From an uncultured Gemmatimonadales bacterium (lineage in GTDB: Bacteria > Gemmatimonadota > Gemmatimonadetes > Longimicrobiales > RSA9): a DNA stretch of 64,000 nt. This document shows positions 45,043-54,924 of the stretch, piece after piece. The translations under genes and the position numbers were made by a program. The notes below the pieces were generated by a model. The model ran no database searches and was not told the DNA's origin. It saw only the letters and a program-made list of their open reading frames with translations. The stretch is taken from positions 10,073-74,072 of the forward strand of contig CAWCUS010000002.1 in the NCBI GenBank assembly GCA_963798845.1. The letters are read 5' to 3'. Position 1 is the stretch's first letter. Each line of letters opens with the position of its first letter.

Positions 45043-47868
45043 TGCACCCTCACGATGGCAAGGCCGAGGTTGGAGGGCGTGCTGCCGCCCGAGGGGGAGA
45101 GGATCTGGAGCAGCTGCCCGCCGGGGAACGCACCGGAGAGCTCGAAGATCGAAGCGCTGCCGCCGCGCACGCCGCTCACGTCCACGGTGAAGTCGCCGAA
45201 GGAGAGCGCGTGGGTCGAGAGAGGCCACGGCGTGGGGTAGTTGCTGGCCACGCTGGAGTTCGCGTAATCCTCGTGCATGCCGTCGAAGATGTCGCGCGTG
45301 TCCCAGCCCGGGAGGCCGAGCGCGGCGCGCTGCGGCGAGACGCCCGATGGGTGGTCGTCCACGGCCATGGCCAGGCTGAAGTCGGCCAGGAGGTCGCGGA
45401 AGCTGCGCCCGGTGCGGGCGATGATGTTGGCCACGCCGGTGGCGTACCGTTCGTCGACCATGGCCTTGATGAACTGGGCTTCATCCCGCCCGGACTGGTC
45501 GATCGCCCAGCGGACGAAGAGCCAGCCGCTGCCGTAGAAGGACCAGTCGCCGGATACGGCGCGGCCCAGTGGAGAGAGCCCCTCGATGCCCTGGTAGTAC
45601 GTGTTCAGCCCAGCGAAGTGGTTCCCCATGATGAGCGGATACGGGTCGCACTCGGGCCAGTTGGGGCCGACCCGGCGCTCGCAGTAGATGCTCTCGTGAT
45701 AGCCGACGTTGGACGTCCGGGTGAAGCCGAACAGAGCGCGGGCGTAGTACTCCTCCGCGAGCCTCGCCGTGGACTCCTCCAGCCACTGCTCCTCCCAGTT
45801 GGCGGTTCCGCTGCCCGCGGCCACCAGCTTGTGGGCGTACGAAGTGATGTGCTTGACCTCGTGGATGACGGTGGACCTCATCCCCCAGCGCCATGCCAGG
45901 ATCGAGTTGCCGTCATAGCCGCTGCTGGGGTCCGTGGGCACGCGGCCGTAAAACATTCTCCGTGGCATTGCTCGCGGGGCACTGGATCCGGGTGAAGAAG
46001 TCTCCGGAGAACACGAAACCTTCCACGCCCGCGGTGAAGTCGTTGACGTTCTTCGAGAAGAGCATGAAGAACCGGCCATCGCCGTCCAGGTGGCTGTCGT
46101 AGACCAGCGGGTCACCGAAGTACTGCAGGAGCACCGGGTACATGACCTGATCGAACTCCTGTCCGAGCCTCGCCCAGGCCGTGTCCATGGTGCCGGCCAG
46201 CGGGGCGGCCGTGTCCTCCCAGACGACCCCCTTCGTTCCCGAATAGGCCACGCGCGCCGTGACCGTTGCGTAGTCGCTGCACAGCTGGTCTCCGTCGATG
46301 TTCGGGATCCGGAACGTGCGGACGTCGCCCGGCTGCGGTGCGGTGGCCGACGCAGTGGCGCGGGCCGAGACCGCCCCGTCGGCGGACGTCTGAATCCGCG
46401 TCCCCGGCCACCCCAGCGTGCGCAGCAGCCGCTGGTTCGCGTCCAGCATCCGGAGGTGCCCGCGGGCTTGGGGGTTGTCCGGGAGCGTGACCGCGGCAGG
46501 CTCGATGCTGAGGAAGCGGCGGGCGCCAGCGCCGGCCGCGCGCAGAGCCGCGCCGGGGGCGTCGGCGGTGCCCTTGAGCTCGAACCCGGTGAACACGCTC
46601 AGCGACGGGCTGGCGTTGAACACGGTTGCGACGTAGTGCCCGTCCGCCGTGAGCTCGTTGCACGCCGCGGCGCCGCCATGGAAGACCACCGACTCGCCCA
46701 CTGCGAGGGCGTGGCGCTCCGCTCCGGCCACGGGGTGCGCCAGCGTGGCCGCGAGGTCGTTGACCGAGACCACCACGTCCATGTCCGTCTGCGGGCCGCA
46801 CGGGAACGCGCCGGGCGCGGGCATGACGGCGCGGATCTCGGTGCTGGTGGCGCTCTGGACGGTGGCGGGGATGCCGCCCACGGTGACCGCGATCGCGGAC
46901 AGGCTCGAGGAGAAGCCAGTGCCCGTGATGGTGGCCGTGTCGCCCGCGCCGAGCACGGCGGGGAGGATGGCCGAGATCTCCGGCTTCGGGCCGGATCGCA
47001 CGCGCGCGTTCGCCTCGGCGGTGAACGACCCGGCGCTGGCGGTGATCACGGCGTCGCCCGGGCCGATCCCGCGCACGGTGCCCCCGGCGTCCACCGTGGC
47101 AACGCTCTCATCGGAGCTGCTCCAGGTGGTGGCCATGGTGGTGTCCACGGCGTTGCCCCGGGCGTCGGCCGGCGTCGCCGTCATGTTCACCGAGTCGCCG
47201 GTCGTCAGCGCGGGCGCGGGCGGGTCCAGGCGCAGCCCGGTCACAACCTGGTCGACGACGACCCGCGCGGTGTCGGTGAGCGGACCGTTCACGACCACGA
47301 TCAGGGCGCTCCCCTCTGCACGCGCCACGACCGTCCCGGCGTTCACGCTGGCGACTTCCGGCGCGGTCGAGATCCAGGTCAGCCCGGAGGTGGACGTGTG
47401 GTTGTCGTAGCTGTCGCGGCCGTCCGCGTGGATGTGGAGCGTGTCGCCCAGGGAGGTGAGGGTCGTGTCCTGAATGTCCAGGACCACGGCCGCCGCCGGA
47501 CCGGGGCTGACATACGTGTCGAACACGGCCTGGAGTGACCCCACCGTGGCCGTGAGCTGCTGCTGTCCGGAGACGGTGCCGAGCGTCCAGCGGGTGGCCG
47601 CCACCCCGCGACCGTCGGTGGCGCCGCGGGAGGGGGTGGCGCTGCCGGCTGTCGCGCTCCACGACACCTCCACGCCTTCCACCCCGCGCCCGTCCTTGTC
47701 GGTGACGGTGATGGCGACCGAGTCGACCATGCCGCCCACGACGAGACCGCCCGGGATCGCGCGCTTCTGGATGGAGGCGGGCGGACCGGAGCTGGGGCCG
47801 GTGCTGTCGCACGCCGACAGGAGCACGACCCCCGCGAGAAGGGTCAGGCCGAGAGCCGCACTGCGCAT
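45039..47868 (-). CDS. Lipoprotein zinc metalloprotease (HExxH) with N-terminal Ig-like (Big_2-type) repeats, interrupted by a 1-nt frameshift near a T4 run (45950-45953)
   Basis: ORF 45913-47868 carries lipobox LLSAC, repeated Ig-like modules, an IPT-like module and the first part of the catalytic region, ending CPASNATEN. ORF 45039-46115 continues in the +1 frame with (M)FYGRVPTDPSS and STVIHEVKHITSYAH. Confidence 0.7.
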
Positions 47869-47941
47869 GGAAGTTCCTCTGGTTCCGCTGGGATCCTGCG
47901 GCGCACGGGGGCGCCTCCCGGAAGAATGTAGAAGGACGATA

Positions 47942-47980
47942 GCCCCCGGCGGTGGGCAGCGGAAGGCCGCCGCCGGGGGC
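47942..47980 (-). terminator. Hairpin terminator candidate after the M14-like gene
   Basis: Minus strand: GCCCCCGGCGG-17 nt-CCGCCGGGGGC (11-bp stem), 9 nt after the TAG, followed by a moderately T-rich tract tatcgtccttctacattcttcc. Confidence 0.5.
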
Positions 47981-47988
47981 GGGACCGT

Positions 47989-50583
47989 CTACATGGCGCC
48001 GCCGAGGAAGACGGCGTTGGCGAAGAGCGGGAGCAGCCCGCGCCACATCGCGCGGAAATTCGGGTCGCCGGTGAAGGCGATGAGGCGGCCGGAGCCGAGG
48101 CCCTCGGTGAAGAGGTACGGCGTCCCGGCCACGCGGGCCGGGATCTCGGGCCAGAGGTAGCCGGCCAGGCGGAGTCGGTCCTCGTCGGCGTAGCGGAGCA
48201 CGACCTCGCCGGGCCGCGCGTCGTCGGGCGCCTGGTAGACGCGGCTGCCGAAGAGAAGAACCGGAATCTCCCGATCCTCGATCCCCGCCATGATCGGAGA
48301 GAGCGTGTCGGCAACGGTGCGCAGGATGGCGCCCGGCACGGAAGTCGGGAGTGGCGCCCCGGTCTCGCCCTCGGCCGGCTCCGGCTCGGGCCGCGCGGTC
48401 AGCCGGGAGAACCCGTCCGCGGAGGCGAGCCAGGCGGTCGCGGCGTCCAGCGTGATGAGCGTGCCGCCGTTGCGGACCCAGGTGCGGAGCGCGTCCGCGC
48501 CGTGGTCGCCGAGAGCCGAGCCGAAGTCGAACGCGGACGGCACGACCACGACGTTGAAGTCGTCGAGGGCCTCGAGGAGGTCCGGCAGCTCGATGCGCGT
48601 GACGGGAAAGTCGAGGAGCTGGTCGAACGTGAACCAGGTGGCCCCGTAGGAGCTCGAGCTCACCGCGTCGCCGGCCACCAGCGCCACGCGCGGGATCGGG
48701 ATGGACTGCACGCTGTTGCTGCCCAGGTCGGTGCCGCTCTCCACCAGGGCGTTGTTCACCGGAACGACGCGCGCGCGCGTGGCTTCGCCCGCCCGCGCCA
48801 CCAGGGCGTGCACGTCTCGCCCGGGGTTCCGGTTCACCACCACGACGAAGGCGCCACGCGGGAAGTCCCCGCCGGGGACGGTGAACGAGCGGGGGGCGAA
48901 GCGCACCCGTACACTGTCGGCCAGGAGCCGCGCGAGCATGCGCAGTCCGCTCTCGCTGCCCGGCTCGAAGGCGTAGGCGTACCCGGCGCGGCCGGGTGGG
49001 GCGGGAGCGGCGGTCTCCGGCGGGACCTCGCCCGTCGGCTGCACGGTTTCCGGCGTCCACCACGCGTCGACCCGGTAGAGGAAGGGGAGCGCCCAGCCGG
49101 TCATGTCGTAGAAGCGGTCGCCCATCCCCGCTTCGCGCCGCGCAAGCTCCTCCTCGATGAACGCCGGGTCGAAGGCGGGATCGGGCTCCAACAGCGTCTT
49201 CGCGAGGGTTCCCTCGGGCTGCGAAAGGTCGACCACGTAGGCGCCCGCGTCCACGCGCACGCGGCCCGCATGCTGATCGCCGTAGCGGGTCGCGCGGCGC
49301 AGGTCGACCGGGGCCGTGGTGCGCTTCACCTCGATGTCGTTGCGGCGCAGCACCGTCACCATGGAGTCTGCCCGGCCATCGGCGTCGCGGGCGAAGATGA
49401 GCGTGCGCATGGGGGCGTTCGCGTTGCCGCGGATGGACGCCTGGCGGAAGGCCAGGAAATCGCCCACGCGCTCGGCGCGGTAGCGGGCGGCGGTGAGCAG
49501 CGTCGCCCGGCTGGTGGTGTAGTGGTGCTTCGCCGCGTCCATGAGGGTGAGGAGGGAGCCGTCATCGCGGCGGATCGCCCCGCCCTCGCTGGAGCCCTGC
49601 TCGTAGGTCATCCCGATGGCGCCGCTGTAGAGCGGCCACGAGGGGCCGTAGCCGGGGAAGAACTCGTCGTAGCCCTCGCGGGTGAAGAAGCCCCAGCCGT
49701 GCTCCGCGAACGCCGCGGCGTTGGCGCGCGAGAAGCGCTGCCACCCCTTGCGGATGAGGTCGGAGACATTGGCGTTCACAGGCGCCATGGGCGGAGCGAA
49801 GAAGTACGTGGAACTGGACCCCATCTCGTGCAGGTCCGCCGCTACGTGCGGGTACCACTTCCGGAACACGGCCATCCGGCCCTGCGTCTCCGGGTTGTCG
49901 TGGACGATCCAGTCCCGGTTCAGGTCGAACAGGTAGTGGTTCGTCCGCCCGCCGTGCCAGTCGTGAAAGTGGACCACCGCGCGGGGGTACGGGTCAGGGC
50001 CGAAGCGGCCCAGGTCCCACATCACCTGCTGCACGTGCCGCTCGTGGCCGTCCGGGTTCTGCACCGGGTCGATCAGCACCAGGACGCTGTCCAGGATCAT
50101 CTTCGTGTCCGGGTCCTGACCGGCCGTGAGCTGGTACAGCGTGGCCATGGCCGCTTCCACGCCCGACGCCTCATCGCCGTGGACGGTGTAGCCGAGCCAC
50201 ACGATGGCGGGCGTGGACGCGACCGCCTGGCGCAGCTCCGCTTCCGAAGCGCCACGGGGATCCGCGAGCCGGTGGGCCAGCGCGTTGAGCTCATCGAGGC
50301 GACGCATGTTGGCCTCGGATGACACCGTGGCCAGCAGCACCGGTCGACCCTCCCAGGTCGTCGCCACCGTGTCCAGGCGCATGCGCGGACTCGCGCTCGC
50401 CAGCGCGGACAGGTAGCGCACCACCATGTGGTCGGGGGTGAAGCGGGTGCCGATCTCGTAGCCCAGCACCGACGCCGGGGTCGGGATCGAGGGATCGTAT
50501 GGCCCGCCCTCACCCAGCGCGTGCTGCGCGACGGCGGGAGCGGCGGAAACGAGGAGCAGGCAAAGGGCGAGGAGACGCCTCAC
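47989..50583 (-). CDS. M14 family zinc carboxypeptidase-like protein, secreted (864 aa), paralogue 1
   Basis: GTG start with GGAGG 6 nt upstream. Signal peptide ending AVAQ. HGDEASG (HxxE), NPDGHE, DLHEMG and MTYEQG. Long non-peptidase C-terminal half. Confidence 0.85.
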   Translation of the reverse strand: MRRLLALCLLLVSAAPAVAQHALGEGGPYDPSIPTPASVLGYEIGTRFTPDHMVVRYLSALASASPRMRLDTVATTWEGRPVLLATVSSEANMRRLDELNALAHRLADPRGASEAELRQAVASTPAIVWLGYTVHGDEASGVEAAMATLYQLTAGQDPDTKMILDSVLVLIDPVQNPDGHERHVQQVMWDLGRFGPDPYPRAVVHFHDWHGGRTNHYLFDLNRDWIVHDNPETQGRMAVFRKWYPHVAADLHEMGSSSTYFFAPPMAPVNANVSDLIRKGWQRFSRANAAAFAEHGWGFFTREGYDEFFPGYGPSWPLYSGAIGMTYEQGSSEGGAIRRDDGSLLTLMDAAKHHYTTSRATLLTAARYRAERVGDFLAFRQASIRGNANAPMRTLIFARDADGRADSMVTVLRRNDIEVKRTTAPVDLRRATRYGDQHAGRVRVDAGAYVVDLSQPEGTLAKTLLEPDPAFDPAFIEEELARREAGMGDRFYDMTGWALPFLYRVDAWWTPETVQPTGEVPPETAAPAPPGRAGYAYAFEPGSESGLRMLARLLADSVRVRFAPRSFTVPGGDFPRGAFVVVVNRNPGRDVHALVARAGEATRARVVPVNNALVESGTDLGSNSVQSIPIPRVALVAGDAVSSSSYGATWFTFDQLLDFPVTRIELPDLLEALDDFNVVVVPSAFDFGSALGDHGADALRTWVRNGGTLITLDAATAWLASADGFSRLTARPEPEPAEGETGAPLPTSVPGAILRTVADTLSPIMAGIEDREIPVLLFGSRVYQAPDDARPGEVVLRYADEDRLRLAGYLWPEIPARVAGTPYLFTEGLGSGRLIAFTGDPNFRAMWRGLLPLFANAVFLGGAM

Positions 50584-50678
50584 GTCCAGCCTCCGGTTGG
50601 TCGCATTCTGTGGTCAGGTGTGACCGCAAAAGCTACGGAAGCCGTGGAGCGGGGGCCAGCCCCGCACGGTGCGGGCGC

Positions 50679-53360
50679 CTATCTCAACGTCGGCCCGAGG
50701 AACACCGCGTTGGCGAAGACCGGCATCAGGCCGCGCCACATGCCGCGGAAGTTGGGGTCGCCGGCAAAGGCGACGACGCGGCCCGCGCCCACTCGCTCCG
50801 TCCACAGGTACGGGCTCCCCGCCACGCGCTCGGGCACTTCGGGCCAGAGATAGCCAGCGATGCGAAGCCGGTCCGCGCCGGCGTAGCGCAGCACCACCTC
50901 GCCCGCGCGCACGTCGGCGGGGGCGGCGTAGATGCGGTCGCCGGAGAGCAGCACCGGTAGCTCCGCTCCGGCAACGCCCGCCAGCAGCGGAGACAGGGTG
51001 TCGGCCAGGGTCCGGACGATCGCGCCCGGGACGGAGGCGGGGAGCGGCGCGCCGCCATCGGCCGCCGGGGGCGGAAGCGGCGAGAAGCGGCCGAGCCCCG
51101 AGTCACCGGCGAGCCAGGCCGTGGCAGCGTCGAGCGTCACCAGCGTCCCGCCGCCCCGGACCCAGCGCTCGAGCGCGGCCGCCCCGTCCTCTCCGAGCAC
51201 GGCATCCAGGCGTGCGGTGGACGGGAGCACGACCACGTCGAGGTCGCCGAGGGCGCGGCCGAGACGTCCAGCCTCGACACGGGTGACCGGGTAGCGGAGC
51301 AGGCGGTCGAACGCGTACCACGCCGCGCCGTACGAGGAGGCGCTCACGCCTTCGCCCCCGACCAGCGCGACGCGCGAGACCGGGATCGTGACCACGCTGT
51401 TGCTCCCCAGGTCGGTGCCGGCGTCCACCAGAGCGTTGTCGATCGCCACGATCCGGGCGCCCGTGGCCGCAGCCAGCGCGCGCACCCGGTCGTGGATGGC
51501 GGAGCCGTTGCGACCCACCACCACCAGGAACGCGCCATCGGGGAAGTCGGCGCTCCCCACGCGGAACCCTCGCCGGGCGTGCCGCACCCGGACGCTGTCC
51601 GCGAGCAGCCCGGCGAGCATGCGCAGGGAGGCGTCGCTCCCCGGCGCGAACGCATAGGCGTAGCGGGCCGCGGCCAGGGGCGGCTCGACCGACCCCGCGG
51701 GGAGCGGTGCGAGCGCGGCCCGCTCCAGGGTCTCGGCCGTCGCGGGGGAGGCGCTCCACGCCAAGTACGCGGGCGGGGGCACGGGCCGGGCGCCCGTCAG
51801 GGCGCCGGCGGTGGCCCAGGCGCGGACGCGGAACGTGAACGGGAGCGACCAGGCGGTGATGTCGTAGAAGCGGTCGCGCTGACCGGTCCGGCGCGCTTCC
51901 AGCTCCTCCCTGATGAAAGCGGAATCGAGCGCGGCATCCGGCTCCAGGAGGGCGCGGGCGAGCCGACCCTGCGGCTGCGCGAGGTCCACCACCCACGCGC
52001 CGGCCGGCAGCGTGACACGGCGAGCGCGTGACTCGCCGTACGGAGTGGCGGTGCCCGTCGTCGCCTGCGGGAGCATGCCCACCTCGATCCCGTTCTCGAG
52101 CAGGACCCGTACGAGCGCGGACGCCCGGCCGCCGGCGCCGGGCTCCAGCACCACGGTCCTGAGCGGCGCGAGCCCGGCTTCCGTCACGGCCGAGCGGCGG
52201 AAGGCGGCAAAGTCGCGCACCCGGTCGGTCCGCAGACGGGCGGCGGTGACGAGGGTGGCCATGGCCGCGGTGTAATGGCGGCGTGCGGCGTCGGCAAGCG
52301 TGACGATGGTGCCGTCGTCCCGGCGAACGGCCCCGCCGCCGCTCGACGCCTCCTCGTACGTCATGCCGATGGCACCGGTGAGCACGGGCCAGGAGACGCC
52401 ATAGCCGGGGTAGAACTCGTCGTAGCCTTCGCGGGTGAAGAAGCCCCACCCCCGTGCGGCGAGGGCGTCGGCGTTGGCTCGCGCGAAGATGCGCCACCAG
52501 GCCTCGATCCCGGGGGTGACGTTCGGGTTGATCGGCTCCATCGGCGGCGCGAAGAAGTACGTGGAGCTCGAGCCCATCTCGTGCAGGTCCACGGCCACGT
52601 GGGGGTGCCACGCCGCGAACGTCCGCATCCGCCCCAGCGTCTCGGGGTGCGTGTGGAGGAACCAGTCACGGTTCAGGTCGAAGAGGTAATGGCTCGTCCG
52701 CCCGCCTGGCCAGCCCTGCGTCTGCACCATCGCCCCGGGGTAGGGGTCGGGGCCGTACGCCCCGAGGTCCCGCAGCACATCCTGGACGTGCCGCTCGTGG
52801 CCGTCCGGATTCTGCACCGGATCGAGCAGGACCACGACGCTGTCCAGCACCATCAGCGTCTCCGCATCCCGACCGGCCGCAAGCTGGTAGAGCACGCCCA
52901 GCCCCGCCTCGACGCCCGACCCCTCGTTGCCGTGGATCGTGAAGCCGAGCCAGGCCACCGTCGGCGTGGTCGCCACGAGCCGATCCAGCTCGGTCCGGCT
53001 CTCGCCCCGTGGATCCGCCAGCTTGTCCGCCGCCTCGCGGATCGCGTCCAGCCTCGCCTGGTTCTCCGGCGACGTCACCGTCAGCAGGAGCACGTCGCGC
53101 CCTTCGTAGCTCACCGCCACCGTGTCCAGCCGCACGCGTGGGCTCGCTTCCGCCACTGCACGGGCGTAGCGCTCGATCAGGTGGTGCGGCGTGAAGCGCG
53201 ACCCGAGCCCGTAGCCCAGAACGGACGCCGGCGTCGGCACGGCCGGGTCGTACGGACCGGCCTGCGCCGGATCCGCCAGGGCGTGCTGCGCTACCGCGGG
53301 CGAGAACGCGCCGCTCGTGACGGCGGCCATGAGCAGAAGGACGGCGAGGATGCGCTGCAC
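50679..53360 (-). CDS. M14 family zinc carboxypeptidase-like protein, secreted (893 aa), paralogue 2
   Basis: GTG at 53360 with GGAGG 7 nt upstream; the track ORF extends spuriously to 53747. Signal peptide ending AVAQ. HGNEGSG, NPDGHE, DLHEMG and MTYEEA. Collinear with paralogue 1 along its whole length. Confidence 0.85.
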   Translation of the reverse strand: MQRILAVLLLMAAVTSGAFSPAVAQHALADPAQAGPYDPAVPTPASVLGYGLGSRFTPHHLIERYARAVAEASPRVRLDTVAVSYEGRDVLLLTVTSPENQARLDAIREAADKLADPRGESRTELDRLVATTPTVAWLGFTIHGNEGSGVEAGLGVLYQLAAGRDAETLMVLDSVVVLLDPVQNPDGHERHVQDVLRDLGAYGPDPYPGAMVQTQGWPGGRTSHYLFDLNRDWFLHTHPETLGRMRTFAAWHPHVAVDLHEMGSSSTYFFAPPMEPINPNVTPGIEAWWRIFARANADALAARGWGFFTREGYDEFYPGYGVSWPVLTGAIGMTYEEASSGGGAVRRDDGTIVTLADAARRHYTAAMATLVTAARLRTDRVRDFAAFRRSAVTEAGLAPLRTVVLEPGAGGRASALVRVLLENGIEVGMLPQATTGTATPYGESRARRVTLPAGAWVVDLAQPQGRLARALLEPDAALDSAFIREELEARRTGQRDRFYDITAWSLPFTFRVRAWATAGALTGARPVPPPAYLAWSASPATAETLERAALAPLPAGSVEPPLAAARYAYAFAPGSDASLRMLAGLLADSVRVRHARRGFRVGSADFPDGAFLVVVGRNGSAIHDRVRALAAATGARIVAIDNALVDAGTDLGSNSVVTIPVSRVALVGGEGVSASSYGAAWYAFDRLLRYPVTRVEAGRLGRALGDLDVVVLPSTARLDAVLGEDGAAALERWVRGGGTLVTLDAATAWLAGDSGLGRFSPLPPPAADGGAPLPASVPGAIVRTLADTLSPLLAGVAGAELPVLLSGDRIYAAPADVRAGEVVLRYAGADRLRIAGYLWPEVPERVAGSPYLWTERVGAGRVVAFAGDPNFRGMWRGLMPVFANAVFLGPTLR

Positions 53361-53520
53361 GGGCGTGCCTCCGTCAGCAGAGGTGTCGGCGGCGGGAAGG
53401 GCGCCCGGAAGGTACGCGGGCCGCAGTACGGCGGAAAGCCGTACGGGCGGGAGGCGGCGAGGCGCGGGACCCGGGGGCCGCGCTGGACCCGCCTGCGGTT
53501 GCGCACCCGCACGGTGACGA

Positions 53521-53913
53521 CTATGCCGTCTCGACCAGGGTGGCGACCCGGCTGCCGTGCTCGAGGGTGTGGTGGATCGTGCAGTGGCTCGCCACCCGGC
53601 GCGCTGCCCCGGCTCGGTCGTCGGGGAGGCCAGGCCAGTGGATCTGCATCCGGACCTCCGTGACGCGCACGGGCTCCCCGCCGATTTCCCACTCGATGCC
53701 GATCTCGAGCCCCTCCAGGGGCAGACCGGCGTGTTGCGCCCAGCCATGCAGCACGGAGAAGGTGCACGTGGCGAGGGACGCCGCGAAGAGGTGGAAAGGC
53801 GAGAGGCTCGCTTCGTTTGCCACGTCGAAGGCGAACGCCGGGTCGAGCCCGGAGTGCAGCCTGATTCGGTGCTCGGAAACGGTTTCGATCGTCACGGACC
53901 CCGTCTGGGGCAA
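53521..53913 (-). CDS. OsmC/Ohr family peroxiredoxin-like protein
   Basis: 130 aa with two conserved Cys contexts (LATCTFSVL and ASHCTIHHTL) typical of OsmC. Confidence 0.85.
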   Translation of the reverse strand: MPQTGSVTIETVSEHRIRLHSGLDPAFAFDVANEASLSPFHLFAASLATCTFSVLHGWAQHAGLPLEGLEIGIEWEIGGEPVRVTEVRMQIHWPGLPDDRAGAARRVASHCTIHHTLEHGSRVATLVETA

Positions 53914-53948
53914 GAAGGAGGCCGGCAGACCGCACTGCCAGCGCCGGC

Positions 53949-54770
53949 TCAGCGCCCCCCGCCGTCCCGCGGGCCGGAGAACGGGCGGAAAGCCACGCCC
54001 AGCGTGATGGCGATCATGTTGGCGTCCGTCGTGGTGCTGCGGACGTCGAGTGTGCCGTCGCCGTTCTGGGTGATGTCACCTTCGCGAACGTACGAAACCC
54101 GCCCGTTGTGCTGGTAATGGGTCCCGAGGGCAAGGGACACCTGCCGGTAGACGGGGAGGCGCAGCTCACCGCCCGTGGACCAGGCGAGGAAGGTGTCGTG
54201 GAAGTGGCTGGTGTCGAACACGCCATCTCCGCCACCGCTGACGCCGTCGAGCGACGAGGAGACACCGAAATAGCCCAGCCCGGCCGTCGCATCCAGGACG
54301 ATCTCGCTCCGGCCGAGCGGAAGCGCCAGCTCGGGGCCGCCACCGAAGAAGACAGAGGAGTACGTGGTGTTCACCGACACGTGAATCCAGCAGCCGATGG
54401 GTTGAGAGAGGCAGAACTCTCGCCGGTCCATGCCGTAGATCGCACCACGGAACTCGGCCCGGAGTCGCACCACCCGCGCCGGGTCCAACGCCCAGGCCAC
54501 CGACCCGGCAAGGCCCACGCCCGGGCCGGTCTTCAGGCCCCCCAGCGGCTGCGTGTCCAGGAGAGCGGCCGACGCACTGAAGCGCGACATCACCCGCCCC
54601 GTTGCCTGCGCAGTGCCGGGCGAGGGCAGCGCCCCCAGGGCGAGGAGCGCGCAGAGGGACAGCAGCCCGAGCCACTCGCGCCGCGCGGCGAGAAGACGGG
54701 GCAAGGGAAAGCGCCACACGAGAGGGAAGCGAACGACTGCGGCGGCCGGGATGGACAGTGCGAAGTTCAT
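53949..54770 (-). CDS. Hypothetical secreted protein, probable outer-membrane beta-barrel
   Basis: Met at 54770 with GGAGAGG upstream. Signal-like LLSLCALLALGALPSPGTAQA. Alternating beta-strand pattern; ends GVAFRPF followed by a short tail. Confidence 0.55.
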   Translation of the reverse strand: MNFALSIPAAAVVRFPLVWRFPLPRLLAARREWLGLLSLCALLALGALPSPGTAQATGRVMSRFSASAALLDTQPLGGLKTGPGVGLAGSVAWALDPARVVRLRAEFRGAIYGMDRREFCLSQPIGCWIHVSVNTTYSSVFFGGGPELALPLGRSEIVLDATAGLGYFGVSSSLDGVSGGGDGVFDTSHFHDTFLAWSTGGELRLPVYRQVSLALGTHYQHNGRVSYVREGDITQNGDGTLDVRSTTTDANMIAITLGVAFRPFSGPRDGGGR

Positions 54771-54807
54771 GGCGCCTCTCCGGGTTGGAGGACCCACAGG
54801 TTCGTTC

Positions 54808-54836
54808 TTGACGTACCGCCGCGCCCCGCCTAACGT
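54808..54836 (+). promoter_or_regulatory. Sigma-70-like promoter TTGACG-17 nt-TAACGT upstream of cspA
   Basis: ttcTTGACGtaccgccgcgccccgccTAACGTtccc. It predicts a ~110-nt leader. Confidence 0.45.
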
Positions 54837-54888
54837 TCCCCGCGCGAGACAGGGGCAGGTTGGGCAAGCTGAGCCGGCGGTTTGATGA

Positions 54889-54924
54889 GACCTGGGGCGA
54901 CCGTTTGCCCTGGGTCCTTTTTTT
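54889..54924 (+). terminator. Intrinsic-terminator-like hairpin plus T7 tract inside the cspA leader (attenuator or end of a small RNA)
   Basis: GACCTGGGGC-gaccgttt-GCCCTGGGTC (10 bp including 2 G-U), then C and TTTTTTT at 54918-54924. It lies 30 nt before the cspA ATG, and no upstream plus-strand gene could use it. Confidence 0.5.

Noticed and set aside
53361-53747. N-terminal 129 codons of ORF 50679-53747
   Set aside because: This part is low-complexity Arg/Pro/Ser sequence overlapping the OsmC gene region. A GTG with a GGAGG RBS at 53360 gives a proper signal peptide matching the paralogue.
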